A stretch of DNA of 64,000 nucleotides from Candidatus Gottesmanbacteria bacterium GW2011_GWA2_43_14 (lineage in GTDB: Bacteria; Patescibacteriota; Microgenomatia; 2-02-FULL-39-11). The notes beneath the pieces are model-generated. The model was not told the origin of the DNA. It searched no databases and was given only the letters and a program-made list of their open reading frames with translations. This document shows positions 1-9,859 of this stretch, in pieces. Both the position numbers and the translations under genes were made by a program. The stretch lies in contig LCFP01000003.1 in NCBI GenBank assembly GCA_000999095.1, positions 26,839-90,838 of the forward strand, read 5' to 3'. Position 1 is the first letter of the stretch, and every line of letters starts with the position of its first letter.

Positions 1-157
1 CCAACGGATTCTCAGTGACGGATGCAATTTGAGTAGAATCATCAGTGTTGCCAACTGTGTAACCGATGGCCGTACCAACGGAAAAGACCAGCAGTCCGCC
101 CGCGAACAGTAAATACCAGGGATAATTTTTTACCGGTTTATCTTTGGGCGTGATCAC
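1..157 (-). CDS. partial CDS, N-terminal part of a membrane-anchored hypothetical protein (gene runs off window start); putative GTG start at 155-157
   Basis: Reverse-complement reading gives VITPKDKPVKNYPWYLLFAGGLLVFSVGTAIGYTVGNTDD... with a TM helix, open to position 1; an in-frame stop lies just upstream of the GTG. Confidence 0.3.
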   Translation of the reverse strand, partial: MITPKDKPVKNYPWYLLFAGGLLVFSVGTAIGYTVGNTDDSTQIASVTENPL

Positions 158-185
158 AATTAATTATTAAAATTAGCCTATTAAA

Positions 186-1022
186 TCAGGTAGGGTTGGC
201 TGTTACTTCTGTCGGAGTCACAGCTTCCGTCGGGAAAATCGATATTGTTTCAGGCGTAGCGGTAATTGATGACGGGGTTGATGAAATCTGCGAATCCTCA
301 TTTAAATTATAAACTCCCACGGCCAGTCCTGGAATGATATGGATTTTCTCTGCCAGAAGAGTCCCGTCTGCCTGCGGCAGGCCGAAAGCGGCAATTCTGG
401 TATCAGGCTCGAGTGCCAATTGCGTACCTGATGAGGTAGCATTTTCTGCATCCGTATCTTCTGTTACCGGCTCAGTTAATTTACCGGTGATAACCGTATT
501 TCCATCCATAACAATGGTATATATCCTATCCGATTGGATCTGATGAGCCAAAGTTATGATATTGCCGGAAATTGAAGTTATTATACCCATAACGGCACGC
601 CGTTTTTTCAAAAGTGAGGAACCGGTCGCCTGTTTCAGTTCCAGTTTATAAAGTTTTTTATTCATATTCTTCAGTTTTCCTGCATCTGTGCCTGCAATAT
701 TTAAAAGATCTTTCATTTGCAACGTACCCAGCTTGGCGGTTTTTAACTTTTTTTCCTGATTTTTCCCGATTGTTATGTTGAGATTTTCATTTCCGGTCTT
801 TTTTATACCTCCGAGACCGTTATTTTCCCTGTCAACGGTTTGCCCCGGTGCTTCCGTTTGTTTATAAATTCCAATATCTTTTTGATTTTCCGCTTTTTTT
901 AGCTGTCCTTGTGAGAGGCTTTTATCGTCTTCCTGTTTGGCCGTGAGGGTGTTTGGCAAAACCAGAAAGATAAGGATAACGGCACTCATTATTAATGATG
1001 CGGATGTTAATCTACGATTCAT
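186..1022 (-). CDS. secreted hypothetical protein with N-terminal signal peptide/TM
   Basis: 278-aa ORF; N-terminal hydrophobic segment SAVILIFLVLPNTLTA; 4-bp overlap (ATGA) with upstream ORF suggests translational coupling. Confidence 0.6.
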   Translation of the reverse strand: MNRRLTSASLIMSAVILIFLVLPNTLTAKQEDDKSLSQGQLKKAENQKDIGIYKQTEAPGQTVDRENNGLGGIKKTGNENLNITIGKNQEKKLKTAKLGTLQMKDLLNIAGTDAGKLKNMNKKLYKLELKQATGSSLLKKRRAVMGIITSISGNIITLAHQIQSDRIYTIVMDGNTVITGKLTEPVTEDTDAENATSSGTQLALEPDTRIAAFGLPQADGTLLAEKIHIIPGLAVGVYNLNEDSQISSTPSSITATPETISIFPTEAVTPTEVTANPT

Positions 1023-1522
1023 AGTTCTTCGGCATTGACATTAATTTCCAGATCCAGTGTTTTTTCCTCGCCTTGGGGTGAAACTGCTGTTACAGAGAGA
1101 ACATCAGAGGTATCAGATAAAACAATAGTCGTTTCAAAATTCCCCTGGCTGTCACTTTGGACAGTTTCCTCATCAGCATCAGTAAATATCAAAACAGTAC
1201 TGCCCGGGAGCGTCCGGCCTTTAACCAGAGTTTCCTGGTCCACGGCGATTGAATCCGCTTCGGGATATTCCAGCGTCAGAAACATATTTGACGGTATTTC
1301 ACGTCCGGTAACTGTCGTTGATAATTCCTCATTCTTTTTAAGGGACGGAACTATTATAAAAACTGAAGCTACAATCAGTAAGACGAGAATAAAAAGGCCC
1401 AGGTAAAGGTAACGAAAATCTCTTTTTTTAACTTGTTGGGATTCAGTCTGCGGATTTGCGTCAAGCGGCTTTTCAATATCTGCCTGATTCTGATCCATAT
1501 ATAATTGATACCACCCTTCCAC
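1019..1522 (-). CDS. membrane-anchored hypothetical protein (single TM, extracytoplasmic C-domain)
   Basis: 167-aa ORF with one TM helix (LGLFILVLLIVASVFIIV); co-oriented with and overlapping the downstream ORF. Confidence 0.55.
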   Translation of the reverse strand: MEGWYQLYMDQNQADIEKPLDANPQTESQQVKKRDFRYLYLGLFILVLLIVASVFIIVPSLKKNEELSTTVTGREIPSNMFLTLEYPEADSIAVDQETLVKGRTLPGSTVLIFTDADEETVQSDSQGNFETTIVLSDTSDVLSVTAVSPQGEEKTLDLEINVNAEEL

Positions 1523-1539
1523 CAGACTGTCAACGTCAA

Positions 1540-2982
1540 TCAGGTCGGCAGTCTTTTGAAAAGAAAAACAGCAAAATTACCGACATCAGTCATCCTTTTA
1601 ATCATGAAATATTCCCCGTATTTTCCCAAAAACTTGGAATGACATTTTTCAATTTTTTCTTTGTCACATACAATAAACAGGTATTCGGGTGTTTCATTAA
1701 TCATATTGATACCGAAATCTGAATCCCCGGAGAATTTACTGAACTGATATTCAAGCTTTTCTTCAAAAAAATACCATAAAGACGGACTGTGGATGTAATT
1801 TCCCAGAACCATCAGGGTGTTGAAATCCTGCAGTTCGTTTTGCCTTACTTCTATTATCATCTGCTCTGCCAATTTCTGTTTTGTTAAGTAATCATCCTGT
1901 TTCCTGTACAAACGGTCATACGAATTTGAAATAAGAGATAAAAAATAAAATAAAAGAAAAAATCCGGACAAGCGGAAAGAGAGTTTTTTTGCACTGATAA
2001 TGTTGATGCCGAGATAACCGATTAATAGATAATAAAATGGAAAAACAGGGGTAAAGTAAGAAGAACAGCAATATTCACTGTTATTGCTTACGGCTATTAA
2101 AAATATTCCAATGGGAAAAAGTAAAAAAGCTATCTTTTTCAGAGAAAGATTATTCAGCAATATGCTGCCGACCAGTAAAATTAACAGGATGATTACCGCG
2201 GGCAAGATGTTTAATTTTTCGATCCTAAAGATACTTTCCAGGTAAAGAGGAACAAAACCGGTAATTTTAAAAATACTGAAATTCGGCCGGAATGAAGGAT
2301 AAACTCCGTCGCGGATATAAGTTTTTATCAACGGGATATTCAACAGTGTAAAAAACAGGAACAGCAATAAATTTGAAAAGAAAACCAACTTATAATTTTT
2401 GGTTTTCAGGTAAGCCCAAACAGCATAGGGAATAAGCAACAGGAACGGTGTGTAATAAATAAAACTTGATATGAAGATGAAAAGATACGACAGAAAGAAA
2501 AAGCCCAATTTCGACTTTTTCAAAAAAATCAGAAAAAAAGCAAAGGAAAAAACCGTCAGCGGGATAATTAAACTGCCACCCAGGATATTTCTTGAATAGA
2601 AAATTTCATTGGTAGCAACGGCAAAAAATAAAGCGGACAAAAGACCCGTCCGGTTATTAAAAAGCAGTTTTCCGATTAAATATATGGGGAAAACGGCAAG
2701 AGCATGAGTTGCGGCAATCAGGGAAATGATAAACTCCAGATTGCTGCTGATCAGCATGGGCAGAGCCAATATATAGTAGCCTATGACCGGATATTGGGAT
2801 TTTATTGCCCAGGCATACGGACCCTTTACCGGATGGTCAGCGTATTGAACTATATGTCTGGCAATCAGATAATAATAAGAGTTGTCACCGTCCCAGAGGG
2901 TCGGCAGTCTTTGCGCCAGACGTAAAATCAATCCCAGGGTAAAGATAAAAAAAAGGAGACGGCGGCTATTTGCCAGCTTCAT
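1540..2982 (-). CDS. polytopic membrane glycosyltransferase, GT-C fold (ArnT/PMT-like, GT39/GT83-type)
   Basis: 480 aa, more than 10 predicted TM helices, N-terminal region typical of dolichyl/undecaprenyl-phosphate-sugar dependent GT-C enzymes (…LWDGDNSYYYLIARHI…). Confidence 0.6.
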   Translation of the reverse strand: MKLANSRRLLFFIFTLGLILRLAQRLPTLWDGDNSYYYLIARHIVQYADHPVKGPYAWAIKSQYPVIGYYILALPMLISSNLEFIISLIAATHALAVFPIYLIGKLLFNNRTGLLSALFFAVATNEIFYSRNILGGSLIIPLTVFSFAFFLIFLKKSKLGFFFLSYLFIFISSFIYYTPFLLLIPYAVWAYLKTKNYKLVFFSNLLLFLFFTLLNIPLIKTYIRDGVYPSFRPNFSIFKITGFVPLYLESIFRIEKLNILPAVIILLILLVGSILLNNLSLKKIAFLLFPIGIFLIAVSNNSEYCCSSYFTPVFPFYYLLIGYLGINIISAKKLSFRLSGFFLLFYFLSLISNSYDRLYRKQDDYLTKQKLAEQMIIEVRQNELQDFNTLMVLGNYIHSPSLWYFFEEKLEYQFSKFSGDSDFGINMINETPEYLFIVCDKEKIEKCHSKFLGKYGEYFMIKRMTDVGNFAVFLFKRLPT

Positions 2983-3032
2983 CTTAATAATTTTAACATT
3001 ACGGCAGAATCAATTTTTAGTATAATTTTCCT

Positions 3033-3722
3033 ATGCTGCGAAAGAATTTTATATATTTGGAAATTGCCTCGCTGATCCTTATGGCATTACACGGTATAAT
3101 TCTTTTCGGACCGCAGATTCTTCTTCTTTTTGCCCTGACTTATATCTCAAGTACTGCCGCGGAGCTTTTGGCACTTAAAACACCAATCGGCTGTTTCGGA
3201 GTCAAATACAAGTATGACCTGAAAAATCCTCGCTTTAGTTCAGGGATTAATTTTTTCGGTGTTTACCCCCTGGAAATTTCTTTGGCCTGGATGGAATTGA
3301 AATATATTTCATTTTGTTTGGGAGTCTTGATCGTTTCGGCTTTTAAATTACCGGAAGCAGCGGCAATCGCTTTAATTCCCCTGATTCTGGTTTCCCTGGA
3401 TTTTATCATTGATCCAGTATCAGTATTCGAAAAAAAACTTTGGAAGTGGGAGAGCGGCAGTTTTTATTTCGGCATCCCGTTGAGTAATTTCACCGGTTGG
3501 TATTTGGTCGGTCTGGCGCCGACATTATTATATGTCATATCGGCCGGTTATCCGGTGGCATCCGGGAAAATTCTGTATCTTTTGCCCGTTATTTTTTACG
3601 CTTTAGTCTTTAGAAATACCCCAGTCATGTTCAAGAAAAACCGTACCTTGGCTCTCTCAGGTACATTTCCGGCATTTTTGTGGCTTTTTTTGAGCACCTT
3701 AAGCCTGATGAGAATATCTTGA
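3033..3722 (+). CDS. hypothetical polytopic membrane protein
   Basis: 229-aa hydrophobic ORF with multiple TM segments; no motif recognised. Confidence 0.5.
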   Translation: MLRKNFIYLEIASLILMALHGIILFGPQILLLFALTYISSTAAELLALKTPIGCFGVKYKYDLKNPRFSSGINFFGVYPLEISLAWMELKYISFCLGVLIVSAFKLPEAAAIALIPLILVSLDFIIDPVSVFEKKLWKWESGSFYFGIPLSNFTGWYLVGLAPTLLYVISAGYPVASGKILYLLPVIFYALVFRNTPVMFKKNRTLALSGTFPAFLWLFLSTLSLMRIS

Positions 3723-4186
3723 CTGATGCAACTGTGTTGCATTATGATTGGAGTGTGGAGAACATCAACAGTTTAATAGCCAAAATAAAAAGCAGGGGAC
3801 ATAAAATTACCAGGGGAAGAAAACGAATTCTGCAAATACTTTTAAACCTGAACGCTCCGGTTACAGCCTCCGAATTAATGAAGCTTCTTGAAGAGAAAGA
3901 GGCAACACTCAACAAAACAACCGTCTACCGGGAGCTGGAATTTCTGCAAAAAGAAGGTTTGGTGAGGACCGTTCAACTGGATGAGAGAAAACAGCGGTTC
4001 GAACTTATAAAAGGCGATCACCACCATCATCTGGTTTGTAAAAACTGTAAGAATGTAGAAGATGTGGCTTTTGCATCTCTGGAGGAACAAATGAAAATGT
4101 TCGAAAAACAGCTGAAGTACAAAAGTCAATTCCGGGAAATCAAACACTCTTTGGAATTCTTCGGACTCTGCAGGCATTGTCAATAA
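3680..4186 (+). CDS. Fur-family metal-responsive transcriptional regulator (Fur/Zur/PerR); true start probably an internal GTG/TTG downstream of 3680
   Basis: N-terminal winged-helix region (KSRGHKITRGRKRILQILL…ASELMKLL), HHHH and CxxC…CxxC metal sites (HHHHLVCKNC … CRHC). Confidence 0.8.
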   Translation: MAFFEHLKPDENILTDATVLHYDWSVENINSLIAKIKSRGHKITRGRKRILQILLNLNAPVTASELMKLLEEKEATLNKTTVYRELEFLQKEGLVRTVQLDERKQRFELIKGDHHHHLVCKNCKNVEDVAFASLEEQMKMFEKQLKYKSQFREIKHSLEFFGLCRHCQ

Positions 4187-4241
4187 CACTCCATTTTGGT
4201 ATTCGTTCCCCGCTTAGCGTAATATTAAATCAGATAAGGAG

Positions 4242-4667
4242 GTGAGACAGATGAATTTAACATTAAAAAGAGGAGTCTTTGCCGGAGCAGCCAATTTGAT
4301 TACCGGGTTGGGACTCGGCTGGCTGATAGGAATTATTCTTCCCGCAATTGCGGAAGAATACCAGAACACGGCTATTTTCCGGCCTTGGAGCGATCCAAGG
4401 ATGATGGTTTATTTCGCCTATCCTTTCATACTCGGTTTGGCTTATGCCTATATCTGGTCGATGGTCGAGAGGCAGTTTAAAGGGAATGACCGGATTGAAC
4501 GGGCAGGCCAGTTTGCCAAACTCTATTTTATTATAGCGACCGTCCCCGGGATGTTTATCACATATACCAGTTTCCAAGTGTCGTTGATGATGGTATTGTT
4601 GTGGACGGTAACCGGATACATGCAGGCCTTTGTCGCCGGCTGGATTTTTGCCTCGGTCAAAAAATAA
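4242..4667 (+). CDS. hypothetical membrane protein
   Basis: 141-aa ORF, strong SD (AAGGAGGTGAG) 7 nt upstream of ATG, 3-4 TM helices. Confidence 0.6.
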   Translation: MRQMNLTLKRGVFAGAANLITGLGLGWLIGIILPAIAEEYQNTAIFRPWSDPRMMVYFAYPFILGLAYAYIWSMVERQFKGNDRIERAGQFAKLYFIIATVPGMFITYTSFQVSLMMVLLWTVTGYMQAFVAGWIFASVKK

Positions 4668-4679
4668 ACAGTCTTTCTT

Positions 4680-5570
4680 ATGTCACGATACAGAAACAAG
4701 ATTTTATTCCTGGTGCTTTTGCTATTGTTTCTTTCACCTGTTTTCATTCCCGGATTGAGAAATATTTTAACGATAGAGGACGGCCGGATTATTTTGCAAT
4801 TTGCTGAATCCGGTGAAAAAGTTACCCGGGAGAGCAATCTAAAGACTATACCAACACCTACCAATATGCCAAGCGCCACACCGCTACCGTACTCAGTCAT
4901 CACGATAAACGGACCATCAGAAATTACCGAGGGAGAAATGGCTGCTTTCACCTGGTATGTCAATGGACAGCCGACAAAGGTGAATTCAACCTCAATCTAT
5001 TACGGCAAAAAAAGCACTGCTGACTGGAATATCAGCGGCATTTCGCCTGAGGATTCAGTTTATACCCAATTTCTCCAGGAATTTATACAAGGCGAATTTA
5101 ATATCCCGCTGACATTCGTGGGAAATTCGAAAACCATTGAGGAGGGAAAATATTATTACAGATCCTATGCTTTGATAAACAACAGGCATTATTGGAGCAG
5201 CGAAAAATCTTTTCTGGTAAAAGCAGTTCCCAAAAATGAAATTAAAGTCATCGATTTTCCCGGGAAAATCCATCCAAATGAGAATGCCGCCTTCACCTGG
5301 GAAATTCTGGGGCCGCAAGCCTCAACCTGGTATACGGTTATAGCCGGAAGCAAAGAGTCAAAATCCGGAGAACTGCCGGTAACCGCTGATTTGGCATCGA
5401 CTCCTTATAAAATTCTGATAAAAGACTTCACTGAGAAGGAGAGCAAAGTCCCCTTAAGATTTATCGGCAATACCTTTTTTCCGGATACGGGCGTCTATTA
5501 TTTCCGTGCTTTAGCGTTTATTAATGATAAAAATATCTGGTCGGAAGAATATTCTTTGACTGTTGAATAA
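4680..5570 (+). CDS. secreted protein with two tandem copies of a ~100-aa domain
   Basis: Signal peptide/TM at N-terminus; internal repeat (AAFTWYVNGQ…YYYRSYALINNRHYWSSEKSFLV vs AAFTWEILGP…VYYFRALAFINDKNIWSEEYSLTV). Confidence 0.6.
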   Translation: MSRYRNKILFLVLLLLFLSPVFIPGLRNILTIEDGRIILQFAESGEKVTRESNLKTIPTPTNMPSATPLPYSVITINGPSEITEGEMAAFTWYVNGQPTKVNSTSIYYGKKSTADWNISGISPEDSVYTQFLQEFIQGEFNIPLTFVGNSKTIEEGKYYYRSYALINNRHYWSSEKSFLVKAVPKNEIKVIDFPGKIHPNENAAFTWEILGPQASTWYTVIAGSKESKSGELPVTADLASTPYKILIKDFTEKESKVPLRFIGNTFFPDTGVYYFRALAFINDKNIWSEEYSLTVE

Positions 5571-5575
5571 AACAT

Positions 5576-6190
5576 ATGAATCGCGAAGGACAAAGTGCAA
5601 TTAAAAATCATTTTGACAGACTGTATAAACAGGGAATTACCCCCTGGAAAAATCATCCGCCGTCATCCCTGCTTATCCGTTTTTTCGCCCTGTTGAAAGC
5701 TTCTGCGGCAAAAGCAAGGCTTCTTGATTTGGGCTGCGGCGACGGTTGGCTGACGATAGAAGCTGCCAGGGTATCTATTGCAGCTTGGGGTATCGACGCT
5801 TCGGAAACAGCCATCGAAAGAGCTGAAAAGTCGGCAAAGTCAACCGGTATTGCCTCCAAAACCAAGTTTGCAGCCGGAGACGCCCTGGATTTACCCTATG
5901 AAGACAATTTTTTCGACGGAATGATTGACCGGGGGCTTTTCCATCATATCCTGACGGAAAACAGGCAGCTTTACTTTGACAATATTTTGCGGGTGTTAAA
6001 AAAAGATGCCCTGGTTTATCTGGCTGTTTTCAGCGAGAATAATCCGGAAGGGATAGGCCAGAGGTTTACCGGGAAAGATATCGCAGCACTTTTCGGCAGA
6101 TATTTCCGTATTATCCAAACAGAGAAGGACAAATTGCCGACTACTGCCCCGGCTCATCTGCTTCATTTAATTCTTAAGAAAACGCAATAA
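5576..6190 (+). CDS. class I SAM-dependent methyltransferase
   Basis: Motif I LDLGCGDGWLT and downstream acidic-loop motifs typical of Rossmann-fold methyltransferases. Confidence 0.75.
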   Translation: MNREGQSAIKNHFDRLYKQGITPWKNHPPSSLLIRFFALLKASAAKARLLDLGCGDGWLTIEAARVSIAAWGIDASETAIERAEKSAKSTGIASKTKFAAGDALDLPYEDNFFDGMIDRGLFHHILTENRQLYFDNILRVLKKDALVYLAVFSENNPEGIGQRFTGKDIAALFGRYFRIIQTEKDKLPTTAPAHLLHLILKKTQ

Positions 6191-6198
6191 ATATTCCC

Positions 6199-6879
6199 AT
6201 GATAAAGGTCAGTTGCATCATCCCTTTTTATAACGAATCCTTAAATCCCCTCTATGTGATTGAGTCAGTCCGGAAATTAAGACCGAGGCCTGAAATCATT
6301 GCCGTCGATGACGGATCGGACGATAATTCTGCCTTCATGGCATTGAAACAAAAGTATAAAGACATTGTTTTATTGAAATTGAGCAAAAACAAAGGTAAAG
6401 CCGGGGCGATAAAATCCGCTTTAGCTCACGTCACCAGCAATTATGTGCTGTTAATTGACGGTGATTTATCGAGCATTAAAGAATATGGGATAACTAAAGC
6501 CGTCGACAGGATTATCAAAAATCCGGAAATCGATATGATTATTCTGCGGCGGACCAACGACAAAACAGCTGCTTACCTTCCTTTTTTAAGAGATGATATT
6601 ATTCTTTCCGGACAGAGAATATTAAAAACTGAAGATCTGAGAAAAGTCTTTGCCAAAACAATTAACGGATATAAATTGGAATCGGAAATAAACAGTTTCA
6701 TGATGAAAAGAAATAAGAAAGTATTTTGGATGCCTTTAAGCATAAAGAACAGGCATAAACAGCATAAGTGGGGTTATTGGGAGGGTATTAAAATCGGACT
6801 GCCGGGCTTTTTCCGCTATATGTTTTCCCCGGAAATGGTTCGGCAGATTTTGTTTTTCTGCAAAGAAGAAGCCATATAG
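6199..6879 (+). CDS. GT2-family glycosyltransferase (dolichol/polyprenol-phosphate sugar synthase-like)
   Basis: N-terminal CIIPFYNE…AVDDGSDD GT-A signature (DxD context). Confidence 0.75.
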   Translation: MIKVSCIIPFYNESLNPLYVIESVRKLRPRPEIIAVDDGSDDNSAFMALKQKYKDIVLLKLSKNKGKAGAIKSALAHVTSNYVLLIDGDLSSIKEYGITKAVDRIIKNPEIDMIILRRTNDKTAAYLPFLRDDIILSGQRILKTEDLRKVFAKTINGYKLESEINSFMMKRNKKVFWMPLSIKNRHKQHKWGYWEGIKIGLPGFFRYMFSPEMVRQILFFCKEEAI

Positions 6880-6940
6880 AAGACTATACAAAATAAGAAC
6901 CGTGCTATAATAAATCTGACTGCCCCCGAAAACCTGATTT

Positions 6941-8140
6941 ATGACTCGAAGCATCTTGGAGCGGCTGACCCTGGTTCATCCTGATTTGGAAATCTGGTGG
7001 GATTCATCACCTCTGGTCTTCAGTTCATGGGTCAGGAAAATGGTCGGAAACGCCCCCCCGACTGAAAAAGAACTTCTTGAAGAACAATTAAACAGAATTT
7101 TTAATACCACTAATCCCTCCGAAAGCATCATACGCGGATGCACCACCAATCCGCCTTTATCCCTGACTGCCGTCAAAACAGACCCTGAAACATGGAATGG
7201 GTGGATCGACCAGTTGATCAGATCCAAAAAAGGCCTGAGCCGGCAAGAGTACAGCTGGCTGACCTATAAGGAAGTCATAAGAAGAGGGGCAAAAATGATG
7301 CTGCCGATCTGGGAAAGCTCCGGCGGCAAGTACGGTTATATTTCCGGCCAGCTTGATCCCAGGCTGTTAACCGAAGGGGAGAAAATGATAAAAATGGCCA
7401 AGGAAATCCGCGCCATTTCACCCAATCTGATGATAAAAGTACCGGCTTCAACGCAAGGGGTGGAAGTTGTTAAAGTCCTGACTTCCCTGGCCATCCCGAC
7501 AAACGTCACTACCTGTTTTACCCTGCCGCAAATTTGGGCTGTTGCCCGTGCTGCCAAGGAAGGAGCGGCCATTGCGGAGAAAAACAAAGTGGACATGACT
7601 AAATGGCGGGCTGTCATAACCATGATGATCGGCCGGCTGACAGAACATCCGGTTTTGGACGAACAGGCAGAAAGGCGGGGAATTAAACTCTCCTGGAGCG
7701 ACAAGCATTGGCTGGGTATTTATGTCTTCAGAAAAGCCTTTAAACTCCTGAAAGAAAATGCCATGCCCAGCAAAATGCTGGCCTGCTCCATGCGGGACGG
7801 ACCCCTCGTTTCCGGCAGTTACCGCTTCTGGGATATCGAAAAAATCGCCGGAGAAATCGTCTATACTATGCCGCCCTACGTTTTGGAACCTCTGTTCCTG
7901 CGCTGCGGAAGTCTCAATTTCAGAGAGGAAGTTCTTTATGATGATGTACCTGAGGAAGTAATCGATAAAATGGGCAAAATTCCCTTCGTCAGGCAATCCT
8001 GGGATGAAAACGGCATGGAAGAAGATCAATTTAACCAGCATCCTTCAACCGTTTCAACCGCGGCAACTTTTGCTCAGGCAACGCTTGGCCTGGAAGAATA
8101 TATCGGTAAAAGGATGTCGGTCAAGGCCCGGAAGAAATGA
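6941..8140 (+). CDS. tal: transaldolase-family protein
   Basis: TTNP(P)LSL motif (IRGCTTNPPLSL) and Schiff-base lysine context IKVPAS-QGVE; 399 aa is longer than classical TalB, so subfamily uncertain. Confidence 0.6.
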   Translation: MTRSILERLTLVHPDLEIWWDSSPLVFSSWVRKMVGNAPPTEKELLEEQLNRIFNTTNPSESIIRGCTTNPPLSLTAVKTDPETWNGWIDQLIRSKKGLSRQEYSWLTYKEVIRRGAKMMLPIWESSGGKYGYISGQLDPRLLTEGEKMIKMAKEIRAISPNLMIKVPASTQGVEVVKVLTSLAIPTNVTTCFTLPQIWAVARAAKEGAAIAEKNKVDMTKWRAVITMMIGRLTEHPVLDEQAERRGIKLSWSDKHWLGIYVFRKAFKLLKENAMPSKMLACSMRDGPLVSGSYRFWDIEKIAGEIVYTMPPYVLEPLFLRCGSLNFREEVLYDDVPEEVIDKMGKIPFVRQSWDENGMEEDQFNQHPSTVSTAATFAQATLGLEEYIGKRMSVKARKK

Positions 8141-9240
8141 AAAAGCAAATCTCCGATTATCTGGTCCCCTATATTAAACCACTGACGATGTACGTTTCAG
8201 GACACATCGATCTGGCCTGGAAAAAACCTTCACTCAAACGCATGATGTCCAATGAAAACCCCCTGCCTCCCTCCAAAAAAGTATTGAAAACCGTGATGAA
8301 GTATGCCTCCATGGCCAACCGCTATCCTGACCAGGGCATCACCGTCCGCACTAAAATTGCAAAAATGAATAAACTGCATGGAGCGGAAAATGTGGTATTG
8401 GGCAACGGCTCCAGCGAGATTTATGACATGATTTTCAGGACTTTTCTTGAGCCGGGGGATGAAGTTATCCAGCAGACGCCCTGTTTCGGAATCTACAAAC
8501 TGAGATGCGAAGTTCTGGGCGGCAAGATCATATCGGTGCCGATGATCTATAGGGACAAAAAACTGCTTTATGATGCAGAGGGTATTATAAATGCAATCAC
8601 CCCTAAAACAAAAATAATCGTTGTCGCCAATCCCAATAACCCGACAGGCAACTTCATGGAAACAGCTGATTTTATCCGCCTGGCTAAAACGGGCATCCCT
8701 TTATGCATAGATGAGGCTTATATTGAATATGAGGGATTTAAAAAGTCACATACGAAACTTATAAGAAAATATAAAAATGTAATCGTTACCAGGACACTTT
8801 CCAAAGCATACGGACTGGCAGGGCTTCGTTTCGGCTACCTTTTGGGAGACAGGGAAGTCGCCATGAAAATAGCGGCAACACTTCTGCCCTGGAATGTCGG
8901 TACGATTTCCATGTGGGCAGCTTTGACAGCATTGGGAGACAAAAAGGGATTGAAAGACAGGGTCAATTACAACAACGGGGAACGTGCGGCTATCATCAAA
9001 GCCCTGAGCAAAATTCCGGGACTGGTCATTTTTCCGTCAAAGGCAAATTATGTGCTTTTCGATAGTGGACCGGCCGGTAAAAAAGGTGAGGACATCATCA
9101 GTTTCGCCCAGAAAAAAGACATTATTTTAAGGGGAGACAAACCCAAGTATGGAAGCGACGGTTGGTTCCGGGTGACCGTCGGCAGTAAAGCGGAAAACCG
9201 CAAATTCGTAAGAGTCATCAAAGAATTCTTTTCCAAATAA
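8137..9240 (+). CDS. hisC: histidinol-phosphate/class II aminotransferase (PLP-dependent)
   Basis: N-terminal NENP motif, PLP-lysine motif SKAYGLAGLRFGY; 4-bp overlap with upstream gene. Confidence 0.65.
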   Translation: MKKQISDYLVPYIKPLTMYVSGHIDLAWKKPSLKRMMSNENPLPPSKKVLKTVMKYASMANRYPDQGITVRTKIAKMNKLHGAENVVLGNGSSEIYDMIFRTFLEPGDEVIQQTPCFGIYKLRCEVLGGKIISVPMIYRDKKLLYDAEGIINAITPKTKIIVVANPNNPTGNFMETADFIRLAKTGIPLCIDEAYIEYEGFKKSHTKLIRKYKNVIVTRTLSKAYGLAGLRFGYLLGDREVAMKIAATLLPWNVGTISMWAALTALGDKKGLKDRVNYNNGERAAIIKALSKIPGLVIFPSKANYVLFDSGPAGKKGEDIISFAQKKDIILRGDKPKYGSDGWFRVTVGSKAENRKFVRVIKEFFSK

Positions 9241-9248
9241 TCCGTTAT

Positions 9249-9851
9249 ATGCTCGATGAACGATTTGTAATTGCCGGAGTTATTTTAAGTCTGGTCGGCG
9301 GATTAAAATACTTAATCGATACGGTTAAAGGTAAAACACAACCCAACAAAGTCACCTGGTTTTTATGGGCTCTGGCTCCTTTGATTGCTTTTGCCGCTGA
9401 GATGAAAGAGGGTGTCGGAATGCAATCATTAATGACATTTATTGTCGGTTTCAATCCCCTGATGATTTTTCTGGCATCTTTTATAAACAGGAAATCTACC
9501 TGGAAATTATCCAGTTTTGATATCATTTGCGGCGGTTTATCTGTTTTGGGGCTTGTGTTGTGGCAAATTACCAAAGTAGGCAATCTGGCGATTGCGTTAA
9601 GCCTTGCCGCAGACGGATTAGCAGGAGTACCGACGATAGTTAAAGCCTACCGCGCCCCTGAAACCGAAAGCGATCTTCTTTACCTGTTGACAGGCATCAA
9701 TGCAATCATAACCCTGGCCACCATAGACAATTGGAATTTTGCACATTTTGCATTTCCCGTTTATATCCTTTTACTCTGTCTGCTACTCTTTATCCTTGTC
9801 AGATTCAGAATCGGCAGACGGAGGGAAGTACAGGGAAATATGGTAAAATAG
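9249..9851 (+). CDS. hypothetical polytopic membrane protein
   Basis: 200-aa ORF, 5-6 TM helices. Confidence 0.5.
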   Translation: MLDERFVIAGVILSLVGGLKYLIDTVKGKTQPNKVTWFLWALAPLIAFAAEMKEGVGMQSLMTFIVGFNPLMIFLASFINRKSTWKLSSFDIICGGLSVLGLVLWQITKVGNLAIALSLAADGLAGVPTIVKAYRAPETESDLLYLLTGINAIITLATIDNWNFAHFAFPVYILLLCLLLFILVRFRIGRRREVQGNMVK

Positions 9852-9859
9852 ACTGCCTC

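Noticed and set aside
7448-8041. 197-aa antisense ORF inside the transaldolase gene, and similar antisense ORFs (1035..1406, 16065..16565, 50706..51029, 52545..53241, 58100..58468)
   Set aside because: Fully nested opposite well-supported genes, with no motifs. Typical shadow ORFs.
9731-9859. N-terminal extension of the sensor kinase ORF overlapping the upstream membrane-protein gene
   Set aside because: Extension is Cys-rich nonsense. An internal ATG at 9860 directly follows the upstream stop and precedes the TM region.
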